DNA of 36,899 nucleotides from positions 1-36,899 of the IMG/VR virus record IMGVR_UViG_3300024581_001758. One strand, written 5' to 3'. Shown piece after piece: positions 33,564 through 36,899 of this stretch; position 1 is the first letter of the stretch, and each line of letters opens with the position of its first letter. A program made the position numbers and the translations under genes. This stretch comes from a virus. The notes below the pieces were generated by a model. That model was not told the origin of the DNA, searched no databases, and saw only the letters and a list, made by a program, of their open reading frames with translations.

Positions 33564-35984
33564 CTAGCTAAATGTCCAGTCGCCATGTAGCGACGTAACT
33601 ATATATGTGTCTGCATTCACAGATTCAAACTCTATAAAGCTACCAACATTGGTAGCCACCGCTTGAGTCTTCGCTCCATTTTCTCCACACAAAAAGTTCT
33701 TTCCTGCTGGGGCTGTAATAGTAAGTGTATAAGGATTATCCAAAAGCTTACTATACGCATAGCCTGTGCAATATCTCGGTGCTGCAAGTGTTACTGACAT
33801 GTTCTGAGTCAACCCTCCCACAAGTTGGATGTTACCAGACTCAACAAATGGCGTTGTCGAGCTTGCCAAGTTAACCGTAGATATTTTGCCTGCATTGTCT
33901 ACTCGGACTCTAGCACTATTTATTTCAAACTTACTCGTGGAATTATCTCTTTCCCAAGAATACATTATCTTACCTGATACCAGCGTGGTATCTGTTGGGA
34001 GGTAGTAACTTGATGTTACACCACTCTCAAACCTATCTGCACCTAAGTCTATAACAAGCTGACTTGACGGCGCGAATAACCAACCATGCGTACCTGTACG
34101 GAACTCATTACCTCCGCCTGAGATATTCCCACCAGTAACGGTGAGTCCGTCAGTCCCTCCGAACTTGTTACCTGTTATCGTTAAGTCGCCGTTGATAGTT
34201 CCCGCTTTTGCAAGTGCCCCGAACTCGCTATTATCTATCGACCCCGTACAGTTGTTTAGCTTAACCCACTCAGTAACACTACCAGTTGCAGCAGTTGACG
34301 GCGCACCCGTGAAATTAGATAGCGTTAATCCGTCTATGTTATCTAAATCTAAAACACGGACACAGCTTGTGGTTATCGGGTTACCGACTACGTTATCAAG
34401 CTTCAGCCCTATAATAGTTCTTGTTCCGTCATTGGATATCATTGTGCCAGTGCAGTCATACATGGTTACGTTTTCAAAGTCCATAGAACTACACCCGAAT
34501 GTATTCCCCTCTATGTCACGGCTATTGTCAAAGACAATAAAGTTAACCGCACCGTTTAGCACGACATTTTTTAAGTTGCCGAATTCAGCGTAGGTGTAAC
34601 CAATTAGAGAGGCTGCTGTGAATAGTCTGTCTTGCGCAGTAACTCCGAAACAACCTATGTACACATTCTCAGCACTAAAACCAACTGCATCGAAGTTATC
34701 TATGAGTCTACCAGTGAATGACGGATTACTATAACATATGTCTAAGTTCTCCAGCTTAAAGTTACGGCCACCATTACCTTTCGAACGTATACCGAATGTT
34801 GTACTAGCTCCGTCTATTAATAGAGTAGTAGCGCCTCGTTTGAAGTTTTGACTTCCCGAATATCCTTGACCTTTGATAGTTAAACCAACGTCCTGTGTTA
34901 TGTCTAGAACTTCTGGACTAACTGCGTAAACACCTCTACCGAGAGAAATAGTACCGCTTGAGTACGCTGTTATTAAAGGCGACCCTGCACCTATACCCTC
35001 TTGTATTTGAGATGGGTTGGCTCGTAACAATTCAATAGCTCTAATAAATATAGTATCTAAGTTTTGTAGAATGCTGCCAGTAGCGCCTAGCCACTCTAGT
35101 TTTATTTCATGACCGAACGGGCGTAATTGTAAAGTGTTGCCGTTTGTCATGTCGTAAAACACCAAATTGTCAGCAGGTACTCGGTTTACAACTTGAAACT
35201 CTGCATTGTACAAGTCGGTTACGATTACGCGCTGTCCAACCTCAAGGTCACTCGCTTGAGCCTGAGCTAGTGTAAGATAACTAGCAGCAGTGATATCTAC
35301 GTCGTCGCCAGTCTGCCCGTCTTCTACCCAGTAACCCTCTTGTAGAGTGTAATACTCTTTAAGGTCTACAATAATCCATTCTTGGCCCTTTGAGTACTCA
35401 TTGACATTAGGCACGCCGTCGGCTTCGTACGTCAGTAGGACGTTGCTGCCTGCGGTCTCCAATAGACGTACTAACTGTTGGAGGTTCACGGCGTCCGTTG
35501 CCGTTTGGGCTTCGGCCAACTGGCGAATGCGATTGCCGCTCATCAGGATATCCTGCTCCATGTTGTTCGGACCATCGGTCCGATTCAGCACTTTGCCTAG
35601 GATTCTTGCGACCTCGGATTCCACGAAATCGCGCTCATTGTTGATTCGCTCAAGTAGTTGTTGGTCGACCATTACGCCCTCGTCCAGCGCGCGTTCGATG
35701 CTTTCCGCTGGGAATCGGCCGAAACGAACTAAATCGAGTGATTGCGTTAGCGGAATTTCGCGGCGGATTACGATTCTAGCGCCGTCGGCGGGTGCGGCCG
35801 AGAACGTTACTCGACCCCCGATGCTGTTGGGATTACGGACCACAGTAAAGCCTGTGGTCTGCTCCACTTCCTCGATTTCGACCTTAACGCTGTCGTCAGA
35901 ATAGGCAACGAACGTATAGTCAAAGGCAACGAGAGAACCGTTGCCCGTGAATTCGTTCCTATTGGTTGATACTGATACGGTCAT
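33564..35984 (-). CDS. Tail fibre/spike with a T7 gp17-like N-terminal adaptor domain and a beta-helix body, 806 aa
   Basis: N-terminus NEFTGNGSLVAFDYTF...VKVEI...ARIVIRREIPLTQSLDLVRFGRFPAESIERALD follows the T7 tail fibre N-domain pattern. The remainder is rich in Gly/Asn/Thr beta-helix-like repeats. Confidence 0.8.
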   Translation of the reverse strand: MTVSVSTNRNEFTGNGSLVAFDYTFVAYSDDSVKVEIEEVEQTTGFTVVRNPNSIGGRVTFSAAPADGARIVIRREIPLTQSLDLVRFGRFPAESIERALDEGVMVDQQLLERINNERDFVESEVARILGKVLNRTDGPNNMEQDILMSGNRIRQLAEAQTATDAVNLQQLVRLLETAGSNVLLTYEADGVPNVNEYSKGQEWIIVDLKEYYTLQEGYWVEDGQTGDDVDITAASYLTLAQAQASDLEVGQRVIVTDLYNAEFQVVNRVPADNLVFYDMTNGNTLQLRPFGHEIKLEWLGATGSILQNLDTIFIRAIELLRANPSQIQEGIGAGSPLITAYSSGTISLGRGVYAVSPEVLDITQDVGLTIKGQGYSGSQNFKRGATTLLIDGASTTFGIRSKGNGGRNFKLENLDICYSNPSFTGRLIDNFDAVGFSAENVYIGCFGVTAQDRLFTAASLIGYTYAEFGNLKNVVLNGAVNFIVFDNSRDIEGNTFGCSSMDFENVTMYDCTGTMISNDGTRTIIGLKLDNVVGNPITTSCVRVLDLDNIDGLTLSNFTGAPSTAATGSVTEWVKLNNCTGSIDNSEFGALAKAGTINGDLTITGNKFGGTDGLTVTGGNISGGGNEFRTGTHGWLFAPSSQLVIDLGADRFESGVTSSYYLPTDTTLVSGKIMYSWERDNSTSKFEINSARVRVDNAGKISTVNLASSTTPFVESGNIQLVGGLTQNMSVTLAAPRYCTGYAYSKLLDNPYTLTITAPAGKNFLCGENGAKTQAVATNVGSFIEFESVNADTYIVTSLHGDWTFS

Positions 35985-36235
35985 TTTTTATTGCCCTCTT
36001 TGATGGCTGCGATTTGCATGTCAAGTAATTTGTCTAGTCTAGCATTCATCTGCGCTATTTGAGTCTCCAATGGTTTCATATAGCGCTCAATGTCTTGATG
36101 CTTGATTAAGTCTGCTCGGTCCTTAGCTACCTGTGATTCTAAAGCAGAAAACCTGCCTAAAATGTATCTGGATAATAGCACGACCATAGTCAACAATGCC
36201 CCCAAAAGCCAGAATACTAGGTTACTGTCACCCAA
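35981..36235 (-). CDS. Small single-pass membrane protein with a coiled-coil tail, 84 aa (holin-like candidate)
   Basis: A TTG start lies 5 nt after AGGAGG. The TM segment is LVFWLLGALLTMVVLL, and the charged C-terminus ends in EGNKK. The stop has an ATGA overlap with the fibre gene. Confidence 0.55.
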   Translation of the reverse strand: MGDSNLVFWLLGALLTMVVLLSRYILGRFSALESQVAKDRADLIKHQDIERYMKPLETQIAQMNARLDKLLDMQIAAIKEGNKK

Positions 36236-36244
36236 TTAGACCTC

Positions 36245-36899
36245 CTAGAACTTAGGATTTTTTGACCCCGCACCCAATAAACGAGCGAGGTCTTCTTCAA
36301 TTTTGTCATAACCGCTACGCAGAATGAAATGATTCTGCATCGGCATGAGTTTCCTTATCGCTTTGGCTCGTGCTTCCCCCGAGTTATTACTATTCGGGAT
36401 GCGCAGCGCTGATTCAGCCGCCGCAGCAGTCGGGCCAAGAATACCAGTAAGGCTAGCGTGTGATTGATAATTGTCCTCGGATTCCAGTGGGCTATAACCA
36501 GTGAGCGTAGCGCCCATCTTGGCGAATTCCACACCATACCCCGCAAGACCTGTGTTTTCGACCGCCTCAGCCACCAGCAACGTCGGGTCGTCTGAGATTT
36601 CACGGTCCGCGATTTTCTGTTTGAGCGCATACACCCCCATCCCTAATCCGACGTGTGTAAGAATTTCGACCCAAGGACGTGCTCCGCCCTCTTGGGTGAT
36701 AGGCAGCGTCAGTCGGTTTGTGGCTGCCAGCATGAATGACTTGAATTGGAAAATCGTTCTACCTACTTCAGTGGTAAAGAAGATTGGCTTATCGCCCGCA
36801 CTCGGCGTGATTACCAGTAAATCGGCTTCACGTACCGCTGCGGCTTCGATGGTTTCCACTAATTCTCGGTCCGTCCACTGCTCGATATTCAGGTTATAT
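36245..36899 (-). CDS. 3' part of the large internal virion protein that starts at 2597 (wraps the circular junction)
   Basis: The frame is open to the right edge of the window (YNLNIEQWTDRELVETIEAAAV...). The track's GTG start at 36859 is internal. The protein ends in ...GAGSKNPKF with the stop at 36245-36247. Confidence 0.7.
   Translation of the reverse strand, partial: YNLNIEQWTDRELVETIEAAAVREADLLVITPSAGDKPIFFTTEVGRTIFQFKSFMLAATNRLTLPITQEGGARPWVEILTHVGLGMGVYALKQKIADREISDDPTLLVAEAVENTGLAGYGVEFAKMGATLTGYSPLESEDNYQSHASLTGILGPTAAAAESALRIPNSNNSGEARAKAIRKLMPMQNHFILRSGYDKIEEDLARLLGAGSKNPKF
36801..36899. repeat. Second copy of the 99-nt assembly overlap (identical to 1-99)
   Basis: Exact identity with bases 1-99. 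Confidence 0.95.

Noticed and set aside
36801-36899. The 99-nt terminal repeat as a biological direct terminal repeat
   Set aside because: The repeat is exact and lies in the middle of a continuous coding frame. That is typical of a k-mer overlap from circular assembly closure.
1-36899. Searched by eye for CRISPR arrays, an integrase/repressor lysogeny module, a reverse transcriptase/DGR, a phage RNA polymerase, tRNAs and methyltransferases
   Set aside because: I recognised none. There is no spacer-repeat periodicity, and no ORF carries the corresponding catalytic motifs. Absence is based on visual motif recognition only and should be confirmed by profile searches.

Overview
The window is a complete, circularly closed phage genome. 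Bases 1-99 are identical to 36801-36899, so the unit length is 36,800 bp. It is a podovirus with a T7-supergroup structural module, and no phage RNA polymerase or lysogeny genes are recognisable. Two divergent transcription units leave a G+C-rich, repeat-laden control region at about 15.15-16.6 kb and converge on a bidirectional terminator at about 31.56-31.59 kb. The minus-strand unit carries terS, a membrane protein, terL, portal, scaffold, major capsid, gp11-like adaptor, gp12-like nozzle, three internal virion proteins (the last wraps the contig junction), a small TM protein and two beta-helix tail fibre/spike genes. The plus-strand unit carries small early genes, a DEDDh exonuclease, an SNF2 helicase, two SSB-like proteins, a family A DNA polymerase, a PrimPol-SF3 helicase, a PurA-like/MazG-like/HD-hydrolase trio, a PD-(D/E)xK nuclease and a T4-type lysozyme. 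It is driven by six sigma70-type promoters, five near-consensus and one weaker; two further near-consensus promoters drive the minus strand. The main finding is the purZ-mazZ-datZ trio next to a candidate DpoZ polymerase. This is the signature of 2-aminoadenine (Z-base) genomes, so every A in this sequence may be Z in the virion. Secondary signals are an iteron-studded imperfect palindrome and a G+C-rich repeat block in the divergent control region, a conserved AGCGAGAG box fixed just upstream of seven early/middle start codons, shared structured leaders, and two proteins with SSB-type acidic C-terminal tips. All functional calls come from motif reading by eye; no database search was possible.
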